From: Octopus sinensis
Taxonomy: Eukaryota
Reading direction: 5' to 3'
Length of the DNA: 33,368 nt
Assembly (NCBI RefSeq): GCF_006345805.1
Contig: NW_021832101.1
Coordinates: 1-33,368, forward strand
Part shown: one piece after another, positions 22,617 through 33,368 of the stretch
Layout: the number at the start of each line of letters is the position of its first letter
How positions within the stretch are numbered: the stretch's first letter is position 1
The notes under the pieces: generated by a model
Seen by the model: only the letters and a program-made list of their open reading frames with translations
Told to the model about the DNA's origin: nothing
Databases searched by the model: none
Translations under genes and position numbers: made by a program

Positions 22617-23054
22617 ATGTGCATATATGTATGTGTATATATAGACATATTCATATATAATATTTGTGTTCCTGTGTATAATATTTCCACATTATTTAGA
22701 CAACGTATGATATGTGTGTGCGAAGGATTCTTCTGTTACAAGTGTTTATGAATTATTCACACTTACTGACATATCTTTCGCCTCCAGCCTTACACCCTCT
22801 CGGGCCTATAATATTTCTTTGTCACATATGCATTGTAAATAAAACGGCCACCCGGAGCCCACCTCCAGTCCATCATCTAACAATTTCGCCTATCGAAATC
22901 ATATATCATCTAGTATTCTGGTCTATCGAAATCAAACATACGCACATATTGGAGAGAAAAAGAGAGGGGGAGAGAGAAGGGAAGAAGGTGTAAGGCAGAG
23001 GGATTTATTAGGTTATGTTTAAATATTTTTCTTTTCAATAATGATTCGATATCT

Positions 23055-23062
23055 ATGAATGT

Positions 23063-23150
<88 letters not shown>

Positions 23151-23174
23151 ATATCTATCCCTCTCTCCCTTTCT

Positions 23175-23218
<44 letters not shown>

Positions 23219-23246
23219 ATATATATCTATCCCTCTCTCCCTTTCT

Positions 23247-23312
<66 letters not shown>
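23055..23312. repeat. (ATCT)n-(CT)n-(AT)n compound repeat with a ~70-bp internal tandem duplication
   Basis: atatatctatccctctctccctttctttctctttc at ~23150 and ~23220. Confidence 0.85.
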
Positions 23313-23313
<1 letters not shown>

Positions 23314-23744
23314 CACTCTTTTGCTCTTTTACACGATTCATGCTGGAGCACCGCTTTTAGTCGAAGAAATCGATCGCAGGACTTATTGCTTGTAAGCCTA
23401 GTACTTATTCTATTGGTCTCTTTCGCCGAACCGCAAGATTTCGGTGGCATAAACACGCCAACATCGGTTTTCAAGCAATGGCGTGGGGTGGGGGCAAACG
23501 CAGGCACAAATACATATACACATAAAGACAAACACACACACACACGAGCGCACACACACAGACATATATATATATATACATTCATACATGGCGGGCTTCT
23601 TTCAGTTTCCGCCTACCAAATCCACTCACAAGGATTTGGTCAGCCTGAGGCTATAGTGAAGACACTTGTAGAAGATACCACGTAGTGGGACTGAACCCGG
23701 AACCATGTGGTTAAGAAGCAAGTTTCTTACATCCACGCTTGCGG
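23313..23744 (-). mobile_element. SINE family A, diverged
   Basis: Reverse complement of 9007-9414 with substitutions. Confidence 0.85.
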
Positions 23745-23802
23745 CCATGTATATATACATTTATATATATATATAAACCTATATACAAACTATATATGTC
23801 CT

Positions 23803-23847
<45 letters not shown>

Positions 23848-23983
23848 GTAAGAGTAAGTATGTGTATGTAGAAGTGCACGAACAACGACAGATAGATACT
23901 GACATAAACTCACACGCACACATATATATGAATGTATGTATACACTGATACGTGTATTATATCTATTTATAAGTATTTGACTG

Positions 23984-24015
<32 letters not shown>

Positions 24016-24111
24016 CATGCATGTATGTATGTGTGTATGTAGGTATATATGTATATATATACATACATATACACACACGTATATCTATCTATATATATGT
24101 ATGTATGTATA

Positions 24112-24148
<37 letters not shown>

Positions 24149-24934
24149 CACACATATATATATATACATGTGTATATATATATACAATCGTAGTTAGTTA
24201 AAAGGATAGCTAAATGTATATTTTATGAATTACATAATAGCATCATGTGTATATATGTATAATATATATATGCATATATATGTATACCCATACACATACA
24301 CATACACACACATACACTCATACACACACACGACATATATATGTATACATAAATATACACATATGTGTGTGTTATGGGGTAATATTAAAAAGGGTGAGCG
24401 TGAAATGCAACTCCTTGTATTTCATATCAACCCTGTGGCATTTCAGTACAAATTACTCCTATTGGCTCTCTTTAAGCGTTCTCCCACTGTTCAGACAATC
24501 AAACATGTGACACCTACATCGAGCCATGACAAGGGGAACAACCCTCCCTCTCAAAACAGATCCACGTGACTGTTCTAAGAATTGTCCAACATATATCTCG
24601 AAGTGACCTCAATTTTTATCAATTATAATAATGCTAACTTTTCCCCCCTCCTACACACAAGAAAATTAGGAAATAAATGATTTTAATAAGGAAATGGTTT
24701 CTTAACCATACTATTTTGTGTAATTCATACGCAAAACTGTCATTCAGTTTTATTTCAAGATTTCTTGACTATGGAGAAAGGGCCGGTTTCTAACCTTGAT
24801 CCAAGGCTCCTTTATTGGAATCTCAAAAAACATCATCTGGGTATTTTTGTATGTATGTATGTATGTAGTATGTATGTATGTATGTATGTATGTATGTATG
24901 TATGTATGCATGTGTGTATGTATGTATGTATGTA

Positions 24935-24988
<54 letters not shown>

Positions 24989-25135
24989 TGTATGTATGTA
25001 TGTATGTATGCCATTCAGTTTTATTTCAAGATTTCTTGACTATAAACAAAGGGCCAGTTTCTAACCTAGATCACATGCTCCTTCATTGGAATCTCAAAAT
25101 CGTCAACAGGGCATTTTTTATGTATGTATGTATGT

Positions 25136-25340
25136 GACCGCGTGTGTACCGTTGGCGATTTTTTTCTCTCCGTCTTCTCTTCTTTGGATCTTTCCTTTTC
25201 CTGTCTTTCTGACGAAGAGCTCCGCTCGAAACGTTGAATCCTCCTTCTTTCCTTCTTTCCTGAGCGTCCAATAATACTATATTTGTTCCACGTCCTCGCG
25301 TTGTTGTGTTTTCTCTTTGTGTTTTCATGTTTGGATTAAC
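25136..25340 (+). mobile_element. ~205-bp non-coding element carrying a hammerhead motif, nested in the (TATG)n tract of a LINE 3' UTR
   Basis: (TATG)n on both sides. Homologous to 54-163 and, more distantly, to 32057-32248. Confidence 0.8.
25206..25238 (+). ncRNA. Minimal type I hammerhead ribozyme motif (Penelope-type), core intact
   Basis: TTT-CTGACGA-A-GAGC-tcc-GCTC-GAA-ACGT-T-GAA. Predicted cleavage after 25235; stem I only 3 bp. Confidence 0.75.
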
Positions 25341-25477
25341 TATGTATGTATGTATGTATGTATGTATGTATGTATGCATGTATATATATATATATATATA
25401 CATATATATGTGTAGATTTGTATATTTTGCTTTATGTATGCATTCTCATGCATATAGTTGTATATCTAGACATGGCA

Positions 25478-25516
<39 letters not shown>

Positions 25517-25657
25517 GTACGCACACGTACGTACGTATGTATGTACGTATGTGAGTATGTGTGTGTTTATATGTTGTGTATTTCCTATCTCTCTGTCACC
25601 CTATCTCTACGTCTGTGTGTCCACCTTTCTTTCTCTCTTTCTCTCTCTCTCATTCTC

Positions 25658-25734
<77 letters not shown>

Positions 25735-25957
25735 ATATATATATATATATATATCTTTCTACCCCAATCCCTCCCGTAGGGATCTCTATATTACATCAGC
25801 ACTCATATTAATGCTTCCTATCCTTCGTTTGTCACCGCCACCAGCAGTCCGCTGATGACGTCATCAAACTAGGAATCTCGCTAACTATTTTAGCACTGTG
25901 TGTACCAGAAACACAAACTTATAATTCACCTTAATCAATTATAAATAAATTCCTAAT

Positions 25958-26444
25958 AGGCGTAGGAGTGGCTGTGCGGTAAGTAGCTTGCTTACCAACC
26001 ACATAGTTCTGGGTTCAGTCCCACTGCACATGTGTGTGTTATGGGGTAATATTAAAAAGGATGAGCGTGAAATGTAACTCCTTTTATTTCATATCAACCC
26101 TGTGGGCAAGCGTCTTCAAACTATAGCGTCGGGCCGACCAAAGCCTTGAGAGTGGATTTGGTAGACGGAAACTGAAAGAAGCCCGTCGTATATATGTATA
26201 TATGTTTGTATGTGTATGTGTGTATGTTTGTGTGCCTGTGTTTGTCCCCCCAACGTCACTTGATAACCGATGCTGGTGTGTTTATGTCCTTACTTAGCGG
26301 TTCGGCAAAAGAGACCCATAGAATAAGTACTAGGCTTACAAAGAAAAAGCCCTGCAGTCGATTTGCTCGACTAAAGGCGGTGCTCCAGCATGGCCACAGT
26401 CAAATGACTGAAACACGTAAAAGAGTAAAGAGTGAAAAGAGAAT
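25958..26444 (+). mobile_element. SINE family A, full length, interrupted by a 76-bp insertion at 26028-26103
   Basis: Head and body colinear with the 9007 copy on both sides of the insert. Confidence 0.9.
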
Positions 26445-26975
26445 GTTTGATGTATTTTAGACGATGATATAAAACTATTGCTTCCACAGGAGCAATAATA
26501 TTTCCAGATCATGTCTTTCTATGAAACCATAACTGAACTTTTGAACTGGTTCTGTTCTCAGGAAAATAAAATTAACCACTTATTAAAACTCATATTTAAA
26601 GTAGCGATGCTCAACCATTTTTTTCTATGGACACTTGTGATTTCAATTTCATTTTGGCGGAGCCTCATAGCCATTCGATGTGTAAAAATTACTTTTATAG
26701 ATACTTTTTTCAGAATTCCTATTTCATTTATCACGCATTCGTATGTCTAGCTTGAAGTACGTAAACTATTAGAGAAAGGGACTGAGCTGTTCCTTACACA
26801 AATACATCTAAATCATTATTGCATGGATTCTCAACATACCACTGTGTATCCTCAATTTACTATTTTGCCTGGCTGTTCCCTTCAAATCTTTTATGGAGCA
26901 CAAAGTGACATATGGACGCCAGTTGAGAAATTAAATAAGGGATCGAGAAATTCCGCTAGAGGGGTCAGTCAAATA

Positions 26976-27055
26976 TAGACGTCAAATCGCCATTACCACG
27001 AAGAATGTATTTTCAAGAGAACACATTCTTCGTGGTAATGGCAATTTGACGTCTA
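26976..27055. other. Hairpin: 33-bp stem (1 mismatch), 14-nt loop
   Basis: tagacgtcaaatcgccattaccacgaagaatgt / acattcttcgtggtaatggcaatttgacgtcta. Confidence 0.85.
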
Positions 27056-27129
27056 CGTTTAGCATATTAGGTGTCCACTTTAGTGGTCATTCCTTTTAAT
27101 ATATATATATATATATGTATATATATATG

Positions 27130-27160
<31 letters not shown>

Positions 27161-27197
27161 TATATATAATATATATTATATATATATATATATATAT

Positions 27198-28331
27198 ATC
27201 AACAATCAAGGAACGGCCATAATAGGCCATTCACCCACTAGAAATAACAGCCAAAGCTTCAACCGCAAATAAAAGTCAATTCCGTAAACAGGAGAAAATT
27301 TAAAAAAACATTTACCCTGTAGTTTCTTATACGATGCACCGTTTCATCTGCTGTTTCATGGTAAACTAACCTGATTAAATTAAATCAAGCCAATCTTCCA
27401 TAGGCCCTCAGATTCTTCAGTAAGAAATAGCCACAAGTCGGAACAGATATTTTCACGAGGCATTTCCGACCGTGCCAAGGTAATATCTGACCTAAAATTT
27501 TCAAATCATCGCACTCGCGCCAAATTTATCGGCAGCAAATAAATATAAGCCGTCGATTCCATTACGGAATTAACCAGAAAATTCATAATTAATCAATATA
27601 GGGTGCCAAAAAAATTTTGTAGAATTTTTTTGCCACCAGCGGCCTAGTGGGAAAAAATCAAATAGTCATAGACCATTTTTAAGTTCAACATCAACAATCA
27701 AGGAACGGCCATAATAGGCCATTCACCCACTAGAAATAACAGCCAAAGCTTCAACCGCAAATAAAAGTCAACTCCGTAAACAGGAGAAAATTTAAAAAAC
27801 ATTTACCCTGTAGTTTCTTATACGATGCACCGTTTCATCTGCTGTTTCATGGTAAACTAACCTGATTAAATTAAATCAAGCCAATCTTCCATAGGCCCTC
27901 AGATTCTTCAGTAAGAAATAGCCACAAGTCGGAAAAGATATTTTCACGAGGCATTTCCGACCGTGCCAAGGTAATATCTGACCTAAAATTTTCAAATCAT
28001 CGCACTCGCGCCAAATTTATCGGCAGCAAATAAATATAAGCCGTCGATTCCATTACGGAATTAACCAGAAAATTCATAATTAATCAATATAGGGTGGCAA
28101 AAAAAAATTTTGTAGAATTTTTTTGCCACCAGCGGCCTAGTGGGAAAAAATTAAATAGTCATAGACCAGTTTTAAGTTCAACATCAACAATCAAGGAACG
28201 GCCATAATAGGCCATTCACCCACTAGAAATAACAGCCAAAGCTTCAACCGCAAATAAAAGTCAATTCCGTAAACAGGAGAAAATTTAAAAAACATTTACC
28301 CTGTAGTTTCTTATACGATGCACCGTTTCAT
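27198..28331 (+). repeat. Tandem repeat, ~492-bp unit x 2.3
   Basis: atcaacaatcaaggaacggcc starts at 27198, 27690 and 28183. Only a few substitutions/indels between units. Confidence 0.95.
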
Positions 28332-28369
28332 TGATTAATTGATTAATTATATATATATATATATATATA

Positions 28370-28565
28370 TTATTATATAGAAGGAGCTTCTACAGGACTA
28401 GAACTGTTTCATTCAAGAGAAATCTTCAGGAAGCTTCCTGAAGATTTCTCTTGAATGAAACAGTTCTAGTCCTGTAGAAGCTCCTTCTATATAATAAATT
28501 AATTTTACTCTGCTATGTATTGAGTACCTTATTTACTGTGGTTAACCCCGAATCAACCCGGGACC

Positions 28566-28568
<3 letters not shown>
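28370..28568 (+). mobile_element. Palindrome-headed element, copy 2: perfect 128-bp palindrome centred on AAG|CTT plus tail, (TA)n both sides
   Basis: Centre 28433/28434. Matches 7943-8143 except two single-A indels and the left boundary. Confidence 0.92.
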
Positions 28569-28613
<45 letters not shown>

Positions 28614-28614
28614 C

Positions 28615-28790
28615 TTATAGTTAAGGGCTACTGGAAATGATCATCGCCAATGCTAGAAGTAGATGTCAAATACCTACAATCCACTCTAAAATTTGTGCTC
28701 TATTTTTAACAACATTTAGAGTGGGTTGTAGGTATTTAACTTCTACTTCTGGCATTGGCGACGGTCATTTCCAGTAGCCCTTATCTATAA
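28615..28790. mobile_element. Imperfect foldback/MITE (~75-bp arms) after (TA)n
   Basis: ttatagttaagggctactggaaatga.. mirrors ..tcatttccagtagcccttatctataa. Confidence 0.85.
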
Positions 28791-29010
28791 TTATATTTTT
28801 ATAATTATATACGAAAAGAATTAATGTCACCTATACGGTCATTTTTATGTGCTAGGCCACTGATATAATCATTTTTGAGATTATATCCTTATCTAATAAG
28901 TATATATATATACACACACACAAACACGCACACACACACATACACAAACACAAACTGTTGTGTGTATGTGTGTGTGTGCGCGTGTGTGCGTGTGTGTATA
29001 TATATATGTG

Positions 29011-29053
<43 letters not shown>

Positions 29054-29372
29054 AACATATATATATACACACACGCACACATACCACACACACAATATAT
29101 ACAACGTGCTTCCACGTAGTTTCCGTCTACTAAATTCCGTTACAAGTCATTTGGTCATTCCTCGGCCCAGGATTTAAAGGTATTTGCACGGAAAAAGGCG
29201 GATAACTTTAACTTTCCGCAACTTCTTTTCGCGCAAGGCCGAAGGCTTTTAATCCCAATATATTTAGAATAATTCTATAATCCATTGTATCATGAAGTTC
29301 TATCAATTCAAACTGGTGTTCACCCTGTTTATAGACATTTGTTAATAGTAGACTTATTTGCATTATAAATGG

Positions 29373-29822
29373 TTACTCTTTACTCTTTACTCTTTTACTC
29401 TTTACTCTTTTACTCTTTTACTCTTTTACTTGTTTCAGTCATTTGACTGCGGCCATGCTGGAGCACCGCCTTTAGTCGAGCAAATTGACCCCGGGACTTA
29501 TTCTTTGTAAGCCCAGTACTTATTCTATCGGTCTCTTTTGCCGAACCGCTAAGTGACGGGGACGTAAACACACCAGCATCTGTTGTCAAGCAATGCTAGG
29601 GGAACACACAACACAGACATACAAACATATACACACACACACTTATATATATACACATATATACGACAGGCTTCTTTCAGTTTCCGTCTACCAAATCCAC
29701 TCACAAGGCATTGGTCGGCCCGGGGCTATAGCAAAATACACTTGCCCAAGATGCCACGCAGTGGGACTGAACCCGGAACCGTGTGGTTGGTAAACAAGCT
29801 ACTTACCACACAGCCACTCCTG
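29373..29822 (-). mobile_element. SINE family A, full length, with an expanded (TTACTCT)n tail
   Basis: Reverse complement of 9007-9414. Confidence 0.92.
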
Positions 29823-30342
29823 TGGCTATTGTAGATGAGGAAAAAGACTGTAGGGTTTTTGAGACATATTATTCAGGGTAGAAGGTTTCTGAACCAACCG
29901 ACAACACGCCACTATATTAGTTCTTTAACGGTTCTTGAATTTAAGAATTTGGTGAGAAAGGCATGTTGAATACATTTCTGCACAGCACCAATGCCACTGA
30001 ATAGCTGCTTTACACAAAAGCCAGCATTCAAAGAGAAGTAACAACATTCCTGAAGTTGACTGCGAACTTTAAAAATGTTCAGGGTATGCCAGTCTCAATG
30101 ATGTCATCATTCATCGTGTTTTAGCATCTTTGTATTTTCCAGTCTCATGAGAACTGAAGATTCTAGAAGGAAATGGCAAACAGATTTTGTTTCGTCACTG
30201 CAATTCTTCACAATTCGCCATTGCATACCCAGTCACCAGCATATATGTCCGGGACATATATACACATACACATAATGCATGCGTTGATATCTATAAAACC
30301 AAAAACCACATACATATATACACATACATATAAAATGTACAT

Positions 30343-30411
<69 letters not shown>

Positions 30412-30451
30412 TATAATACATGTATATATATGTATGTATATATATAATGTA

Positions 30452-30534
<83 letters not shown>

Positions 30535-30994
30535 AAATACACGAAGGAATGCAAACATACATGTTTATATAAATTCCCGTACACGCACACACACATGCGT
30601 TCATATATAATTATACACATAAAATATATAATTATACACATACAGCATAAAATGACAAAACAAAGACTAGCTAATATAACTTGATATATATACGTATATA
30701 TATACATGTATATATATATGTGTGTATATACATACATATATAATTAAATTCACAATAATGTAAATATATGTGTATATATATGTATACTATATATATGTAC
30801 ACATATATACATACACACATACACACACGCACTCATAAATACACACACACACACACGCATATATATGACTATATATATGTTACATATGTATATGTACTTC
30901 TCACTCATAGTATTATCGAACCGGGAGTCTAACTACGCCCCTTCCGTATCACTTACATAGCCTTACCTGCCATTTCGGGTCTTCTGGATACCAA

Positions 30995-31940
30995 AATCTC
31001 TCATTTTATATACGAAATAATCCACTTCAGAGAAGAGGATACCCTGAAATTCCCATACGCCCTTCCTACAGGTGAAACTCTCGTTGCATCCAACAACATC
31101 AGAGACCTGGGAGTAATTGTGGACAACAAAATAAGCTGCGCCGCTCATATAAACAAGCAAAGTTTACATGGCCCACAGAATGTGTTCCTGGATTCTCAGA
31201 ACTTTCCAGTCGAGAGATATCCACACCATTATCTTTCTCTTCTCTACTTTTGCCAGACCCCACCTTGAATACTGTTGTCCACTGTGGTCTCTCCACACGA
31301 AACAAAGTTTAAATGTGTATGGTGTGTATGTGTGTGTGTGTGTGTTGTGTGTGTGTTGTGTGTGTGTGTCTGTGTGTGTGTCTGTGTGTGTGGTGTGTGT
31401 GAGTGTGTGTGTGTGTGCGTGTGTGTGTGCGCGCTTGCATGCGTGAAATTTTCTGCCTGAATTTATTCCACAACACCGCAACATAATCACTTCCAAGGTC
31501 AATTATAAAAAAGATAAATGGCATGACAGGCCTTGACTATTGGGGGTCGACTAGAAAGGCTCAAGCTTTATTCACTCCAACGCTGCTGTGAGCGCTACAT
31601 CATCTGCAAGATGTGGAAAATATTCCCTCTGCATTGCCCAAATGATGCTGGCATCACCTTTAAGATCTACTCAAGACTTGGACCCCGTGCTAATCGCCCA
31701 CGACATAAATCATACTCATATCACATAACAACAATATGGAACGATTACTTCACCTCAATTAGCCCCGATGTCTTTAACATTACACCATCTCACATCAAAG
31801 CAGAAACAGACCCCATAATGTTCAAGAAGTATTTGAACAAAGTTTTTCAAGAAATCTCAGATAAACTTCATACACCCAGATATGTCTCCGTAAACAGTAA
31901 CTCTGTCCTCGATAGGGTCATGTTTTCAGATTCCTGATTT
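30995..31940 (+). pseudogene. CR1/L2-group LINE remnant (RT C-terminus), interrupted at ~31308-31495
   Basis: IRDLGVIVDNK, AHRMCSWILRTFQSR..RPHLEYCCPLWS, RLERLKLYSLQRCCERYII. Confidence 0.85.
31308..31495. mobile_element. Small (TG)n-containing dispersed element; second copy at ~32750-32868
   Basis: tttaaatgtgtatg-(TG)n-gcatg..tga..ttttct.cctgaatttat.ccaca.caccg in both copies. Confidence 0.65.
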
Positions 31941-32056
31941 GAATGACTTTGTCAGGTGGTGCTATGAAGTTAGACATGGCTTGGGATAACACTGGCCGAA
32001 ATCTATCAGAGCATACATACATATAGACACCCCCCCCACACATATATATGTATATA

Positions 32057-32248
32057 AAGGGAAAGTTTACGAAAATAAACAAAAGACGAAGGCAGGTGGT
32101 GTACAAACAAACAGACGTATTAGTATAGCGCTCAGGAATAGAAAAAGTCTTTTACGTTTCGAGCCTACGCTCTTCTACAGAAAGATACAGAGAAAAAAAC
32201 AAGGAGAGAAAAAAATGTGTGTAGTAGCTAACGATCTATCATGGCGTC
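32057..32248 (-). mobile_element. ~190-bp hammerhead-bearing element (sister family), in a TA-rich microsatellite context
   Basis: Same layout as 25136-25340: pyrimidine leader, ribozyme motif, cctgagcg, then TA-rich repeat. Confidence 0.8.
32148..32185 (-). ncRNA. Minimal type I hammerhead motif with an A6-to-U core variant
   Basis: TCTTT-CTGTAGA-A-GAGC-gtag-GCTC-GAA-ACGT-A-AAAGA. 5-bp stem I; predicted cleavage after 32153. Confidence 0.65.
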
Positions 32249-32262
32249 TATATAGATATGTA

Positions 32263-32323
<61 letters not shown>

Positions 32324-32325
32324 TA

Positions 32326-32361
<36 letters not shown>

Positions 32362-32426
32362 TTGTGTGTGTGTGTGTGTGTGTGTTTGTATATATATATA
32401 TATATATGTATATATAAACTAATGTG

Positions 32427-32751
32427 TGCGTGTGTGGCCTAGTGGTTAGGACATTCCACTCACAGCCATGAGGTCGTGAGTTCGATTCCCTGCAGCACTT
32501 CGTGTCCTTGAGCAAGACATTTTATTTTATGTTTTTCCAGTCGTCTGCCCGTGCAAGAGGAGTTGTGCATGTAATTCAAACGCTCAGCCTTGTCATATTC
32601 TGTTTCACACTGAATCATCCTGAGAACTGCTTGAAGGTTACGCGTGTCTGCAGAATGCTCACCCACCCGGACGTTGATTTCACGAGCAGTGTCTTCTGTT
32701 GATGGAACCTACTGGAACCCACGTCGTCGTAAACCGGACAGTGTGCCAGTT
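32427..32751 (+). mobile_element. SINE family C, diverged
   Basis: gtggcctagtggttagg..gagttcgattccc..gtgtccttgagcaagacatttta. Confidence 0.85.
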
Positions 32752-32868
32752 TAAATGTGTATGTGTGCGTGTGAGTGAGTGTGTGCGTAAGAGAGAGATT
32801 GTGTGTGCGTGCGTGTGCATGGCTGAGTTTTTCTTCCTGAATTTATCCCACACCACCGTATCACATTC

Positions 32869-33035
32869 GGTGTGATTGCGTCTCTGTAACTTAGCGGTTC
32901 GGCAAAAAGCAAGTCGGGTGGAAACAGTACCAAATTTTCGAAAACTTCAGTGGGGTCAATTCATACGACTCGAAATCTATCAAGACAGTGCTCCAGTATG
33001 GCCGCAATTTTTTTGATAAAAACAAGTAAACGACA
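32869..33035 (+). mobile_element. SINE family A 3' fragment, diverged
   Basis: aacttagcggttcggcaaaa..ggggtcaatt..cagtgctccagtatggccgca. Confidence 0.7.
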
Positions 33036-33368
33036 AAATATAAAAGGTATATATTAGCATATATCTGTATATATCTACATACAAATACAGACACACACAT
33101 ATATACATACACATAGATATAACTAACACACACATATATACACACACACACGCACGTACACACACAGACATATGTATATTATATATGTGTCCTTGCGCGG
33201 TAATAGCTGTGGGAAAATTTCAATGTCTGTGTATAACTGATGTATGTGTAGATTCAGATATATGTGTGTTCGTATATATACATATATGTATATAAATATA
33301 CGTACATACGTATGTATAGATACATATGTACACACATATATATATATATATATATTATTATCTATAAT

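Larger units (their letters stand above)
24742..25480 (-). mobile_element. Two head-to-tail 3' UTR copies of the RLE LINE seen at 503-731 (24742-~25010 and 25012-25480)
   Basis: cattcagttttatttcaagatt..cattggaatctcaaa..(tatg)n occurs twice. agatttgtat..ttctcatgc.tatagttg..tagacatg at ~25415-25475 matches 660-720. Confidence 0.8.

Noticed and set aside
27011-27020. TTCAAGAGA, the common shRNA vector loop, in the hairpin loop (also inside the 7.9 and 28.4 kb palindrome arms)
   Set aside because: No vector or Pol III terminator context and the stem length differs; treated as coincidence
27198-28331. CRISPR- or retrozyme-like array
   Set aside because: Eukaryotic context, no spacers, and no complete hammerhead core found on either strand
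28431-28436. HindIII site at the palindrome centre suggesting a ligation artefact
   Set aside because: The same structure occurs at a second locus with different flanks and a different centre; artefact is less likely but not excluded without reads
29900-30100. Minus-strand CCYFSLNAGFCVKQLFS vaguely like a hAT dimerisation motif
   Set aside because: Too few conserved residues and no TIR or TSD seen

Overview
AT-rich eukaryotic DNA, dense in microsatellites and repeats. The SINE families look like those of octopus/cephalopods (inference from recalled repeat families, not a database search). I see no intact protein-coding gene; nearly all ORF-track entries are microsatellite translations. The window is a mosaic of three tRNA-derived SINE families, decayed retroelements (RLE-type non-LTR, RTE, CR1/L2-like, and a Penelope-like GIY-YIG remnant), Helitron and piggyBac-like pieces, and many hairpin/TIR elements. 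Main observations: (1) short (~200 bp) non-coding elements carrying Penelope-type minimal hammerhead ribozyme motifs and sitting in TA-type microsatellites; (2) near-perfect long palindromes in (TA)n tracts, one present twice 20 kb apart; (3) a 1617-bp composite Helitron that splits a LINE ORF with no base lost or duplicated; (4) an RTE insertion with twin-priming-like 5' inversion geometry; (5) (TAA)n arrays acting as landing pads for RLE LINEs. A possible host-gene 5' end on the minus strand near 17.8 kb is speculative. Coordinates were read by eye and may be off by a few bases.
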